This document shows positions 37,475 through 49,869 of a DNA stretch of 53,347 bases, piece after piece. A model generated the notes under the pieces. That model worked only from the letters and a program-made list of their open reading frames with translations, had not been told where the DNA came from and did no database searches. The position numbers and the translations under genes are program-made. This DNA is from Chiloscyllium plagiosum (lineage: Eukaryota). Position 1 is the first letter of the stretch; every line of letters begins with the position of its first letter. The stretch is taken from contig NC_057728.1 of NCBI RefSeq assembly GCF_004010195.1, positions 43,055,040 through 43,108,386 of the forward strand, in the 5' to 3' direction.

Positions 37475-38825
37475 TGTATTTGGGTGAGCACTTGAACTGT
37501 CATAAAATTCAAGGCAATGGGCCTAGTATAGGAATGTCTGACTGACATAGGTAATAGTATATTTTTGACCATACAAACTAGATAGGTCAAAGGGACACTT
37601 CTGTACTTTATGAGTCTATTCTTGTTTCTTGCCATTAAATTTTTCTCAATTGTCCAGTTGTCTGGCTAATCTCCACCATCACCTCACCATCCCCCCCCAA
37701 AAAAAAAACTCACTTTAAAAACTTTACCTTAGACAACCTAAATTGACAACATTGCTTCAGATTGATTCTTCATATAGTTCATTGGAACATAATGATTCTC
37801 AAATCCACCCACTTTTAAGTTTTACTTTGTTAACAAGTTTGAAAAATTATAATTCAATATTTTGACACAAATTTTAAAAAATGCTTCTCTAATACATATA
37901 AAGCTTCAAATTATCTGCCATATTTAATTCTATGCAGCTTAGCACACTTGACTAAGTATTCAGTGCCTTTAAGAATTTGTTGTTCCCATGGCATTCATAC
38001 TCAGCATTGCTAACCTATAAAAGTGATTTTTGGCAAAAGCTTCAGTAATCTACAGGCTTAACTAAACATAAAACAACCTACTTTCTTGTCTTTTGGACAT
38101 TGTTGACAAGATCTTGCTGAAAAGGAAAATAAGCCTGGAATGACAGATATGAAGCATGAACATAAAGGTATAGTTAGAAAGTCCAGGTTCAAGTAGCACC
38201 TGCCCCAGAGGTGCGTCATAAACATGCATGAAATCAAGTTTGAATAAAATAACTGGAAAAAGGATTAGGTGGCTATATTTATGTTACTGGTACATTAAGA
38301 AAATGCAGCTGCTACATGGATGAACAATAAACAAGAGAATACATCCCTGAAAAATATGAAACATTGAGCACAATGAATAGGAATTATCTACTATAGAATA
38401 ACAAGTGCATGTCATTTAACTGAAATTGTTACAACAGAGCCTGGAAATTGCTCTGTTGTTCCAGTCCCATTACTCAGGTCACAACATCAAAATGTTTTTT
38501 TCCCCAGTTACTAAGATGACCAATTAAATATCTTAACTATATCAGGCTTTAATCAACAAGATCGAACAACCAGGTTTCTTAATAATTGGCTTGTCAAAAT
38601 AAAACCTATTCAATGAAGATGCACTAATTGGTTAACACATTGTCATACAGAAGTATAAATGCTATCCCTCTAAACATCCCCACGTCCCCGCTAAACAATT
38701 CCACTCCAGGGAAAAAAAGGGAGAAAAAGACAAACATTATCTGCAGAGATTGGCTTCCTGAAGAAAAAACACTGACCAATTGATTATTATTGATGTGTGA
38801 AGGACAAAGTAAAGGATGTTCTGGA

Positions 38826-39062
38826 GTCTGAAATAAAAAGGAGCGAATTGCTGGAGAAATTCAGCAGGTCTGATAGCATCAGTGGGGAGAAAGGGACTGC
38901 AGACACTGGAGATCAGAGTCCAGAGAGTGGTGCTGGAAAAGCACAGTGGCTCAGACAGCAACCTGAGGAGCAGGGGAATCGCCATTTCGGGCAAGAGCCC
39001 TTCATCATTGAGGTATTTGTGGGGAGAAAACAGTTACTGTTTCGAATGGATGACTCTTCATC
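38826..39062 (-). mobile_element. Nested Penelope-like hammerhead elements (family 1 inside family 2)
   Basis: The family-2 end is split by a family-1 copy (38893-39018) with direct repeat GTGGGGAGAAA at 38882-38892 and 39019-39029. Both have decayed cores. Confidence 0.75.
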
Positions 39063-40771
39063 TAAAATGATCGCTAAGAAAAAGTGGATCTCTCCTTCAC
39101 TGTCTAATGAAAGTTGAAATAAATTCCTTTTCTCAGTCTTGAAAAACTTAATTGCTCCAAGCAATATTAATTATAAAGCATCTTTATAACAATATAAAAA
39201 TAACTATTCACATCGTAAATGAAATATAAGGCTGAATTTTAAAAGAATTTGATTAAATGAAAACATTCTAATTTTGTGTAGGTCATCAGTGAGACCAGCT
39301 CAGAAATGTGATGTTCTAATTTAGGACTTTAGTACTTGGTGCCACTGAAGTCTCCCATAAACAAGTTTCACACTCCATCTGCCCGATAAACATAGTGATC
39401 CCTCTAAACCCTCACGATTGTACTTACTGGATATTTGATCTAACCACATAAGCAGTTTACCTGTCTTCATAAATAGAAGATCAGATAATTTGCCAGTCCA
39501 TACTGTGTTTATAAATTACTACTGACCTTTCTTAAATAATCCAAGTACAGATTTACAGTAACTATATACTTAATTGTTCTCAACCAAAATTTTAATATAT
39601 TTCAAATGATACAAAACTAATTTGTCATATTTTAAAAAAACCAAATGTGAAAGAAGGGGGTAGTATCATGATCATTGACGTAGCAACAGACAAATATCTT
39701 GAATCCCCAGACAGCTGTCTACCCATACGAGGTATGTGAGGTATTTTTTCTAGCATTTTATATGTCTTCAAAGGGATTTGACAATGTTATTAAACTATTT
39801 GATCTGAACTATGTTCCAAAACCTGGGGACAAATTTTACAAATTCTGTCAACTCGTATAACTAGATTTTTGACATCACAAACAATATTTAGCAACTTCAC
39901 AAAAAAAAGGCACAACTTTATAGCTAATGGTAGGAAAACAACAGACTCATATTTGGATCTCTTATTACTAAGCTTAAGAGGAGGCATGGTTGCTGGAGTG
40001 GTGCCACTTGAGATTAATTAGTATAGATGGGAGAGATAACCTGCCTGTCTGCTCAAATGAGGTCAAGAATGGTTATCAGAGGCTGTTCTTAAGGGGATTA
40101 AATGAGTAAGATTCTGAACAACAGCAAGATTCATGGAATGATAGTCCTCAGCTTGTGTATGTACTATTCTGTACAGCAATAACACCACTCAGAAATCTGA
40201 CACCATTTGCTTAAATATTTATTGTTCATGATACAATTTAATTTAAACTAACTGGTTAAAAAAACTCACTTGCTTTATGTAAAATTAATCTGCACAACTG
40301 GACTTTTATTGTTAAACATACAATTATACATATGCAAAATTCCATATTCTGATTAGCTCCGGATCATGCTTTTAAACTGATCCAAGTATTATGTGTACTA
40401 AAGGAAATGACCAAATACATGACCAAAGGAAATTGTACAGTGTAGGACTTGCCATGCATTGTACTGCTCATAGGCTGAGCTGGAACATTAAACTACTCTT
40501 TCTTTATGAAGTCACCTTCAATATTTTCAATCGGAAATGGCACACATGCTTTTATAATGTACAGTAAATTGAGGGGTCTCCAAATGATTTAATTTTCATA
40601 AATATTCATTAATTTTTTGGTGCTAACACTATTGATGAATTTTAAATAAATGGGACAATTCTGAAGGGAATAAAGAAAGGTTATGTACATAAACAAATCT
40701 TTAAAGCTGGCAGGAGAAGTTGAGAAAATGAGAAAAGCCTAGAAAAAGAGGCAAAGTCCCAGACTTTCATG

Positions 40772-40906
40772 GAGGAGCAAATTACTGCAGATGCTGGAAT
40801 CTGTACTGAAAACAACAAATGCTCAAGACCACAGTGAGTCAAGCAGCATCCACGGAGAGAAAGCAGGCTAATGTTTCGAGTCTACATGACTCTCATCAGA
40901 ACTGAA
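40772..40906 (-). mobile_element. Penelope-like 3' end with hammerhead core
   Basis: Minus strand: cagtt-CTGATGA-GAGTC-atgta-GACTC-GAAACATT..., then ...ttccagcatctgcagt tail. Confidence 0.75.
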
Positions 40907-42689
40907 GTGCAGAGGAGACAGACTCCGCAGGCCATGAAACTGATGGGCAAGATCCAACCACAGAAATCCCACCCCAATATCTAAGAGATCCATTTTTTGC
41001 CAGGGAGAGGGTTTGGGCCATGATTCACAGGAGAGAAACCTGAAATTAGCATCATGATTTGGACTCCATGCAGAACTCAAAGTGATCTCATTTTCCCTGC
41101 TGCAAAGATCATAATCCACAGAGTAGATCAAAACACTCTTGAAGTGTGGACAATGTCTATTTAACTATCATGACCTGAAATTGTTTAAATTCCCAAATAT
41201 TTAAAGATAACAGATTTTAAAAATAGGCTGAATGTACCAGTAACGATTAAAAATAAATCTGAATTATGTTGCTTCAGGTGCTCGTTGATGTAACACCTCT
41301 TCTTGCAGTTTCAATAGTAACTTATTAACATTCCCATAAGGTCCTTATATGGCTATCTTCCAAAATCTAAGAGATCTTATGAGAGAGTTTGAATTCACAG
41401 TTTTATTGACTAACTAATGAGCAGATTAAAGGATTAATTGTGTTTGACATGGGTTATGAATAGAAGTTTGTTATACAAGAGATGAAGCACTTCAACTGTA
41501 TAAAATGATTTGAATGGGCTTTCATGAAGTGGACTTTTTAAAAAAATAGTCAGTCATGAATTTTGTATGCGACTTTTCAAATTTTATTTTATCTCATTGC
41601 TATACGGAGGTTTGAATACGATAGTTTCTGGGTGAGTTGCCATATGACATTTAAAGAGTCTTGGGGGGAGAAAGGATGGGGATACAAGCTGAAGGGAAGG
41701 CATACATTGTCATGAAGACTGGGTAGATGAATAGCCTGAACTGGTATAAAGTGACATGGGGGCTATAAGGGGTCATGGGAATAAGCATGAGGCCAAAATG
41801 GTGAGGGGGTGCTAGGAGTTAAGGCCAGACAGTCTAAAATTATATAACATCACTGGACCAAAATCTCAGAACTGAAGTGGCTGATCTAACCAGTCTGATT
41901 CATCATTCAATCGTTTCAATGGCTGCTTGCATTTCGCATCTCACAATAACTGACAGCATGCCACCTCTCCCAAGTGAAGCTAACAATATTCAGGAGCTTT
42001 TTTTAACCCATGAAGAAGGATTTTGATTTAGCTACCCGCTGTGGTGGCAAAAATCAGATTCAAATGTTACAATACTAAAGACCACCATGCAATCATATCA
42101 TATCTGCACTAGCTCAACTAAGGGACATAGCCTTAGACATTCTTCTGCCTTTACACATTGTGCTTTCCTATACACTTTCCCATTGCTCCATTATGCCTCA
42201 ACTGAACCTGTCTCCATCATAATTCCAGGCAGTATATTCCAGACCCGATCTACTAATTGTTTCTCTCTCATCATAGTCATTCACTGCCAGATCTGGCTGG
42301 GCCACATAAACCACTATAATCTACTGCACAGTAGAAAGATAAACCACAACCTCTTTGTTCTTTTGCAAACACCCATTCTTACCGATGTGCATTGTGAAGC
42401 TTGTGGACTTCTTTGTCGCTGACATTAATTGAATATATCACTGCCATCCCTCCCCAGATGAAACTCCCTTGAAAGTCCCCCTCCCAAATTTGAATGTTTC
42501 TAGTTTTTCATCTATTTGCTCTTTCTCCAAATACTCTCTCCAAGCTCGTCTTCCCTCAACCCTACTTCCACTAAATCTTGGCCAAGCACAAATTCCTGCC
42601 TACCATGTTAGCTGATATTGTCAAATGTTTCTCTTTCCTCAAGTTCATCGCCCAAATACACACACATCTTCCAGAACTTCATGTTTAAA

Positions 42690-43830
42690 TTCCTCAAATC
42701 AATACTTCTAGATATTACTCTTATCAAAGTCACAAATTGCATCATGCAGGACTGTGACAAAAGTAAACTAACCCTCATCCTTCTCCATCTCTCTGCAAAC
42801 TCAGACATAGTTGCCCACAAACCTTTTCCAACACCTCTCCAAAGACAGCCGGATGGCTGGGTCCGCAGTCAATTGCTTTCATTCTTATCTATCCAGTTAT
42901 AGTCAGAGCATCACTTACAATGGCTTCTCTTTGAGCTTCTGCATGTTGGGTTTCCTTGGCTCGTAGCTCTTATCTATATGTTGTCCTTTGACAACATTAT
43001 ACAAAAGCACTGCCAGTTTCCACATACAGAGTAGTCATCTGTCACAGAATGTATCAACTTGCTCAATCATTACATTGCCTCATCACTAATGGACTACTTG
43101 AATGACATCCAGAATCAGATGAGGAAAACTTCCTCCATTAAGTATTGACAAAACTAAACCATCAATTATGTCCCCACTGAAATTTCTGCTCCTTCACCAA
43201 CCAACTGAGCTCACAACTTTAATGTCATGCTTGGCACATAGAGGTTTCTGACCACAGACCATTAAGCTGCCTATTGCCACCTCAATAAAATCATGTGATT
43301 CTGACCTTGATTCGCCCTTGTGCCTTTATCACATCTAGTCTTGACTATTCCAAAGTCTCATTGGCTGGTTTCCTATGTTCTACCCTCTTAACTTGATTCT
43401 TTCAAAATATCTGCTGCCCATGTTCTCAGTTGCACCATGTATCATTTATCCAAAACTCATGTTTGGTGATCTACCCTGGCAATTGGTTAAATGACATCTT
43501 GAATTTTTTTTTGTTTTTAAACTAGTCCATGTCATGACCTTCCCTGTCCCTTTGATTTCCTCAGTCCAACAATGCTCCAATATATCCCCACTCAGCTAAT
43601 TTTGGCCTCTTCAAGCCTTGCCAAATTTAATTGCTCCATCGTTGGGGTCTGCCTCTGGTTGCCTAGGTCACCAACCCTCGAATATCCTGTCCATCTACCT
43701 CATGTTCTTCCTTAAAACCTACTTGAGGAAACTTTTGGTCATCTAATCTAATAATATTTCTGAAAAAAAAACTGTGGCTTGAAACTTTTATTTCACAATG
43801 TTCCTGTTGGGAGTGCAAAATTGTATTAAC
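42690..43830 (+). mobile_element. L2 LINE RT and 3' fragment
   Basis: LIKVTN.I..D.D...L.LILL.LSA..D.V.H (L2 LLDLSAAFDTVDH region), later TS.LDYS, and an L2-like tail. Confidence 0.75.
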
Positions 43831-43929
43831 GTGAAGTGTTACATAAACAAGTCAATACTGCTGGTTGTAACTAGTATGAGCGCCAGGGCTCCTAGTTTGA
43901 GACTAATCTAAAATAGCAACTTCAAAGAG

Positions 43930-45060
43930 CGTGCAAATCGGATGAACCCTTTAAATTCATTTCTAATTAAAGGTCAGCGGTTATTCGCCCTCATTCCTGA
44001 ATTGCTATTTCAAATATGCCCCAATCTGTCTAGTTGAAACACACAGCTAACCTTTGCAATTTCACACTCCTCCTTAGACGCACTAGAAAGTATTACATGT
44101 AATGAGCACATAGCGCGAAATATTTAATCGCAGCTTAAATATTAGAATCCTGATTTTAACAATTGAACTTGGCAGGGACATTCTTTCGCAGTAGAACAGT
44201 CCAGGGTGTACTGACGGAAAACGCCGATACCTCCCAGTTCTAATTTTACTGTCGGTCCAGTTATTAAACAAACCGACTGTAATTATCACCAAGACTCGGC
44301 GTTTCTTAAAGACCACTCCGTCCTCCATCAGCCGCAACCTCTGCAACTCTGGGGGGGGGGGGGGGGGGAGAGAAGGGCGAAGAAAATGTTCTTTTTCAAT
44401 CTGTTTCTTTTCAAGTCTTGCAGTAAGCAAACGGGAAATTGACGTTAAAGAAAATGTATTGCGAAATGTAACCTATCAGTAGCTTCTGCGCGCGTTTAAC
44501 ATATTCACAAAAAAAACACACTGCCGTCCCCAGCATCAGCAGATCTCTCGCCAAACCGTCACTGTGGTCCATTAACGCTACAGGGAACATAAATACTGAA
44601 AAGTAAAGACCAATCACACTTCAAGCCGCAAGCCTTCCAAACTACAATTTTATTTCTTTTGCGACAGATTGAGGAAACACTCGGGAGGATTGTGCGGATA
44701 GATTAAGACTCTTGCCTTACCTCTTTCCAGCATAAGCGGCTGCAGTGTTGTCGCCATGTCTGCAGCAGCCTCAGAAAAGGAGGAGGGAGATCGCAGGGAG
44801 TGTGAGAAAGAGAGCACCGGCTGGAGTGACGCGGCTCACACTGCAGCCACGAGGGGCTTACAGAGAGAGAGAGAGAGGAACAACGTTCATCAGACACACA
44901 CACACACACAACCCACCCCCCAAAGCACCTCACCCAGGGTGGCCTGAGCGAGGCACTTCCTCGTACATTACTATGTAACACTGGAAATGTGAACGACCTG
45001 AGACGCGCTGCTCAGTATCATGCATTTCCACTGCAACACTCCTTGGCCGATTAGAAATTG
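43930..45060 (-). promoter_or_regulatory. CpG-enriched promoter / 5'UTR / first-intron region of LIN7A
   Basis: Marked local excess of CpG against a CpG-depleted window. It surrounds exon 1 and includes (GA)n and (CA)n tracts at about 44862-44910 and an 18-G run at 44351-44368. Confidence 0.7.
44721..44757 (-). CDS. LIN7A: LIN7A (lin-7 homolog A / MALS-1) coding exon 1
   Basis: Minus strand reads GAC ATG GCG ACA ACA CTG CAG CCG CTT ATG CTG GAA AGA G|gtaagg = MATTLQPLMLER+G. Strong Kozak context (GACATGG) and a canonical donor. It lies in the only CpG-rich region. It splices in frame to exon 2. The upstream in-frame 'AD' resembles mammalian LIN7A ...TADMATL...QPLTLDR. Confidence 0.92.
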
Positions 45061-45856
45061 GCAGCAGCAGAGACAAGTTCAGATATTCAAATCTGTTTAA
45101 AATTTCATAAGTTTGTGACGGAATTGAGAGACTGAAGAACTGCTAAGACATACAAAATATCAATTTCGAGACATTAAATTTAGTGAATTTACCAAGAGGT
45201 CCCTTCTCTCCACCTGCCCAAAATCAAAGCCAGTGAAAAAAAACCTCATCGAGGGAAATGAGAAGGAACGACTACCTTCTTAGACAGAGATGAAGGTTGA
45301 AACGTCAGATGTCTACTCAACATTGAAGAATACAGACACCATCCCACTGGGCCAACCAAGATCCTTATTCCATTGGTTCATGCAGCTGTCCAAACCAACA
45401 TCAATGTTCTCAATAAGAATTATGTAATATTGCATCGTGACAACACAAAATGGGAGATCCACCAAATATTTCTTTAAAGCTGCATTTCAAAAGTGCTTGG
45501 GCAATTCAATGGGCTTCATCAAAATTTTCTAAACTTATTTTCCATAATAAAGTACAGCAGAACTTTCAATCATGGCCAATATATTCCTCAACACCATTCT
45601 CCTGCCTTCTCCATACAATCATAGATCCCCTTATTGATAAGAACCTATCAACCTCTGTAATAAATACACTCATGTATTGACTTATGTTTGAAGTCTATAA
45701 TTTATATATTGCCTTTCATGACCAATGAACATCTCAGAGTGATTTGCTGCTAATGAATTACTTTTGAAGTAGATTGGAATTGGAAATTGGAAGCATAGCT
45801 AATTGGAAACATAGCAGATTGCAGTTTGAAGGGTTTACTATGCACAATGTGTTAAT

Positions 45857-45949
45857 CTTTGAGGAGAAAGTGAGGTCTGCAGATGCTGGAGATCAGAGCT
45901 GAAAATGTGTTGCTGGAAAAGCGCTTTTCCAGCAACACATTTTCAGCTC
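45857..45949 (-). mobile_element. Very short fold-back Penelope-like end with a perfect 54-bp palindrome
   Basis: 45896-45949 is a perfect zero-loop palindrome; TSD-like acaatgtgt(t/c)aat at 45844-45856 / 45951-45963. Confidence 0.85.
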
Positions 45950-46112
45950 AACAATGTGTCAATGACTAGATAATCTGCCTTTGTGATGTTCACTCAGGAA
46001 CAGACATTGGCCGAATACAATGGATAACTCCCCCTGCTCTTCCAAATAATGCCATCATTAAATATTTGATTTCCAACTCGGAAAGGGCTTTTGGTTTAAT
46101 GTCTCATTTGAA

Positions 46113-46265
46113 CAAATCTGTGTCTGATGATCCTACCCCATTAGCTTCCTGACAAAGGAGCAGCTCTCTGAAAGCTTGTACTTCAAAATAAACCTGTTGG
46201 ACGATAACCTGGTGTTGTGTGATTTTTAACTTTGTCCACCCCAGTCCAACACCAGCACCTCTACA
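46113..46265 (+). mobile_element. Penelope-like 3' end, family 3, with decayed hammerhead
   Basis: CTGACAA-aggag-cagct-ctct-GAAAGCTT (palindrome AGCU), then aataaacctgttggac..; 9-bp TSD TCATTTGAA at 46104-46112 / 46266-46274. Confidence 0.6.
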
Positions 46266-46596
46266 TCATTTGAAAGAGGCACGTTCAACAGTGCTGAACT
46301 CTCTGGGACTTCACTGGAATATCAGCCCAGATTTTTGAGCTCAAGACCAGGAGTGCAAATTCAAACCAGACTTATCACTGAATTCAAGGCATTATCACAT
46401 AACTCCATATCCAGCTATCCCATTAAGTTTCCTTAAATCATTTCAATCTGGTTTCTGCTCACCCATTTTCAAGATCATCATGGCTAAAGCCACTAATGAT
46501 TGAACTTACTGAATGCTAAGGTTGAATTTAGGAGTCATTGAATACTCCAAAATAGTGATCAATGTCAATCAATAGGTTCATTCAAATCCATAATGA

Positions 46597-46789
46597 TAGT
46601 GAGGACTGTAGATATTGGAGGAGTCACAGTTAATAAAGTGTGGTGTTGGAAGAAACACAGCAGGTCAAGCAGCAGCTGAGGAGCAAGAGAGTCGATGTTT
46701 CTGGCTTAATGATGAAGGTTAAGCCCGAAACATCGACTCTCTTGCTCTTCAGATGTTGCCTGACCTGCTGTGCTTTTTCCAGTGTCACA
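46597..46789 (-). mobile_element. Older palindromic Penelope-like-derived element
   Basis: Inverted arms around about 46712 with a TGATGAAGG..CCCGAAACATC remnant; tail gtgaggactgtagatattgg at the left. Confidence 0.75.
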
Positions 46790-46814
46790 ATTTGTTGTCC
46801 CATAATGTAATTAG

Positions 46815-46973
46815 GAGAAAGTGAGGTCTGCAGATGCTGGAGATCAAAGTTGAAACTTTATTGCTGGAACAGCAATAAAGTTTCCTGAAGAAGGGCCTGT
46901 GCCCGAAACGTCGAATCTCCTGTTCCCTGGATGCTGCCTGACCTGCTGTGCTGTTCCAGCAATAAAGTTTCAA
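46815..46973 (-). mobile_element. Doubly inverted Penelope-like-derived element, perfect 15-bp TSD
   Basis: TSD CCATAATGTAATTAG at 46800-46814 and 46974-46988. Contains a minus-strand tail, a short fold-back, then a + strand hammerhead-bearing segment. Confidence 0.87.
46882..46916 (+). ncRNA. Minimal hammerhead ribozyme motif (putative)
   Basis: TTC-CTGAAGA-A-GGGC-CTGT-GCCC-GAAACGTC-GAA. Confidence 0.72.
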
Positions 46974-48399
46974 CCATAATGTAATTAGACAGGGAAAGCA
47001 CACAAACGGGTGACAGCAATTTACTGGTTCCAGAAGGCAAACAGATTGATGAAGCTAATCTGTGCAGCTGGAGGTATCAGCTTCTTTCATCTTTCTGAAG
47101 TAACTGAGGTGCTAAGAAGCTCTTATTTTGGTCTTCCTCCATCTGAAAAACCCAATGCTAGACAAGATTGCATCGTTTATTCCTGAGTACCTATTATATG
47201 TTTTGTGGGGCAACTTGCTTGAATAGCTTTGGCCAGTGACCAAAGGACAAATGTCCAAGGTGCCACCTCCCTGCTGTCCATCAGTTTGGCTGCAGTCAAC
47301 TTCAGCTTTTCTCATGCTGGAAGCCATTAATTAACACCAAATAGACACTCAAATATAAAAGGGGTACACAAAGTGCCACAGAATTCTCTGGAGTAATATC
47401 AATATAGTTAATAACTTTGCCTCATCTGGGCACTTTGTATTTTTCCAATGACATAAAAGAGGTAATTGTTCTGCCAGTGATCTTAGGTCACGCATATGAA
47501 CACCATAAGAATTCTATAAATTTTAATGAAAATTATCATTTGAGTATTGTTGGAAAAGACATGTAACAGTATAATTGTTGGATTCCCCTTATATTGGCAT
47601 TCTTGCAAATCTTCCGATGAGTACAAGATGAAAGTTTTAAACAAAATGTATCTTTTATATCAGCAATACTCAAGTTCTGTATTACCAAATGACTAAAATT
47701 ACAATGCAAAATGTTATTACAAAGATCATGGAATGTTATTTTTTTCATCCTTGAAATTACTACTCAACAAAATCAATTGTTCAATTTTCATCCAATAGCT
47801 ATCTTATCCCTGTGGTAGTGCTCCAACTTGATTCCACTCCTATTTACTCCAGTTAAATCAGAACATTTCTGTAAGGACTTTCTCTTGCCATTACACAATC
47901 TTCTTGATCATGCAACAAAGATTCATCCTGGGCTCCAACCTTCTTCTAGTCTATGTGTGCCCTGAGTGATATCATTTGGAGACATGTGGTTTGTGAATGG
48001 GAAAAAAAATCAGTAAATACACCATCATCCATGGCATATGCAAGCATACTGTTATGAAGCTGTCAAACCAGTATGGGGTGAATTTCTCTACCAACTTCCA
48101 AAAGCCTTGTGATTGACTGTGTAGAGTCCTTGGTCAGGTGAACAGGCCTGGTGTTGAGGTTCTTGTTTGGTTATTGTCATTTCTCCTAGAGTTATATAAA
48201 TGCAAACTATATCAGTGCTTCCTCAATCATTCCTGAAACTGTATTGAATGTCCGACAACATGTCCAGGATGAAGTACTCCACTAATTAGTTCAGAATGAT
48301 CCCCAACAATGATTTTGCTGGTGCTGGAGAGGAATAAGATTCCTCAATGATTGTTGCAAAGTTAGTCAGTCCAATGCCCCTTCTACAGATGGATAGTGG

Positions 48400-48880
48400 C
48401 AGCATCTTGGTATTCTCATGGGATGGCTCCTTCCTCCCATGTAAATTAAAATAGTTCAGAGAATTTCTTTACCAGGTGTTAACCTCCAGCTACATAGCCT
48501 CTGCCTGTTATAGTATTAGAGTTCAGCTCTACATAAGCAACCTTTGGAACAATGTATCTGCGTCATGCCAAGATGTTCAACCACTTTTCTTCAACTGCCT
48601 TCAGAAGCTTCTGAAATTCGGATGGCAATACAAAATACCAGTAACTGAGGTGATCAACTCAGCTAGCACACCATATGGAGAAAGCTACAACTGAGTTGGG
48701 CTGGTCTTGTAGTCAGAATGCCAGAAACCTGCTCACCAAAACAAATCCTCTGGTCTCTGGATTGTCAGAAGCTAGACATATGACCCAAGACACACATTGG
48801 GAATCCTTGAAGACCCTACAAACTGTCCTCCATGGAAATTGCTTACAAGGGGTAATTGGTCTCCTTCCTGAGGCCTTCTG
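48400..48880 (+). mobile_element. RTE-clade LINE 3' fragment
   Basis: QLSWAGLVVRMPETCSPKQIL at about 48688-48750. Confidence 0.65.
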
Positions 48881-49215
48881 CAAAACACTTTGACTCAATT
48901 CCACAATCATTACTTGGATAAGTTTTGAAGGAAATATCAGACAATTTGACCCCCAATCATTACACTGACTTCCCCAATCCCGAGTCTTCATCCCAATACC
49001 TCCTAACACCAAACACCACATCAACTAATCCTCAGCTGAATCTTACACAAACTAACTACTCCTCTGAATATGCTGCCACCCTAATTTCTTACCATCTTCT
49101 GACTAGTCCTCCAATCCAACCCAATAACCCCTAACAATGTTACTCCTGAATACCTAACTACCCTAACATCTACCAAACAACAGCCCCTGACCTGACTTTT
49201 CTATCTCCTGAGCTC

Positions 49216-49323
49216 TTGATGAAGGGTCACCTCTACTGCTCCTTACATGCTGCCTGCTGTGCTTTACCAGTGCCACATTTTTCAACTCTGACTCTCCAGT
49301 ATTTGCAGTCCTTACTATCTCCT
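49216..49323 (+). mobile_element. Decayed family-1 Penelope-like end
   Basis: tgatgaaggg...atgctgcctgctgtgctttaccag...ctccagtatttgcagtccttactatctcc. Confidence 0.65.
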
Positions 49324-49869
49324 TGTTTAGTTCATGATCTATCTATGACCTATCTATAACCCACCCATCCCCTTATCCAAATATCAGTCTCACACATCTA
49401 CCACCTCACCCAGCAGCCTCCTAATCACCTACTAGCCTCCACCTCAACCAAAATGCTATTCTATGCAATTTCCAAATCACTCACCTAATACACCCAGCTG
49501 TCATCTGGCCCACCTCCCACTTACACATCACTTGTATTCATCCATTTACCAATATTCATACTGAACATTTAAATAACCAGATGGCAGGAAATGTCATAAA
49601 ACGTCAACATATACTTTCTTACCCCAACTCTGCTTTGCTGCAGCAAACTTCTCCGAGGTACACTGTATTCCATATTTCTGGGACTGTAAGTGCTGGAAAA
49701 ACTGCAAAGCAATGTGGAGCAGTGTCAAGGTAGGTGAACATTTGAGTGGAGTGACAATCCAACAATGATTGCCACTTCTTGGAAGAATGAGGCCTTTGAG
49801 GCTGAGGTGCATTGGAATTGAAAAGTTGGAATATTTCGTCCTTTTCTCCCTTCTCATTAAAGTTAATTG

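Larger units (their letters stand above)
23978..44720 (-). other. LIN7A: LIN7A intron 1 (20,743 bp, phase 1)
   Basis: GT..AG boundaries between the two exons; the split codon G|AT = Asp. Confidence 0.88.
45695..46370 (-). mobile_element. DeuSINE/SacSINE1-like element interrupted by two Penelope-like inserts
   Basis: tttatatattgcctttcatgacc...attggcc...aactccccctgctctt...ggtttaatgtctcatttgaaaga..cac...aacagtgc; similar copy at 51540-51810. Confidence 0.65.

Noticed and set aside
44703..44981. ORFs over the CpG region (92, 77 and 63 aa)
   Set aside because: Low-complexity microsatellite translations, out of frame with or antisense to LIN7A exon 1.
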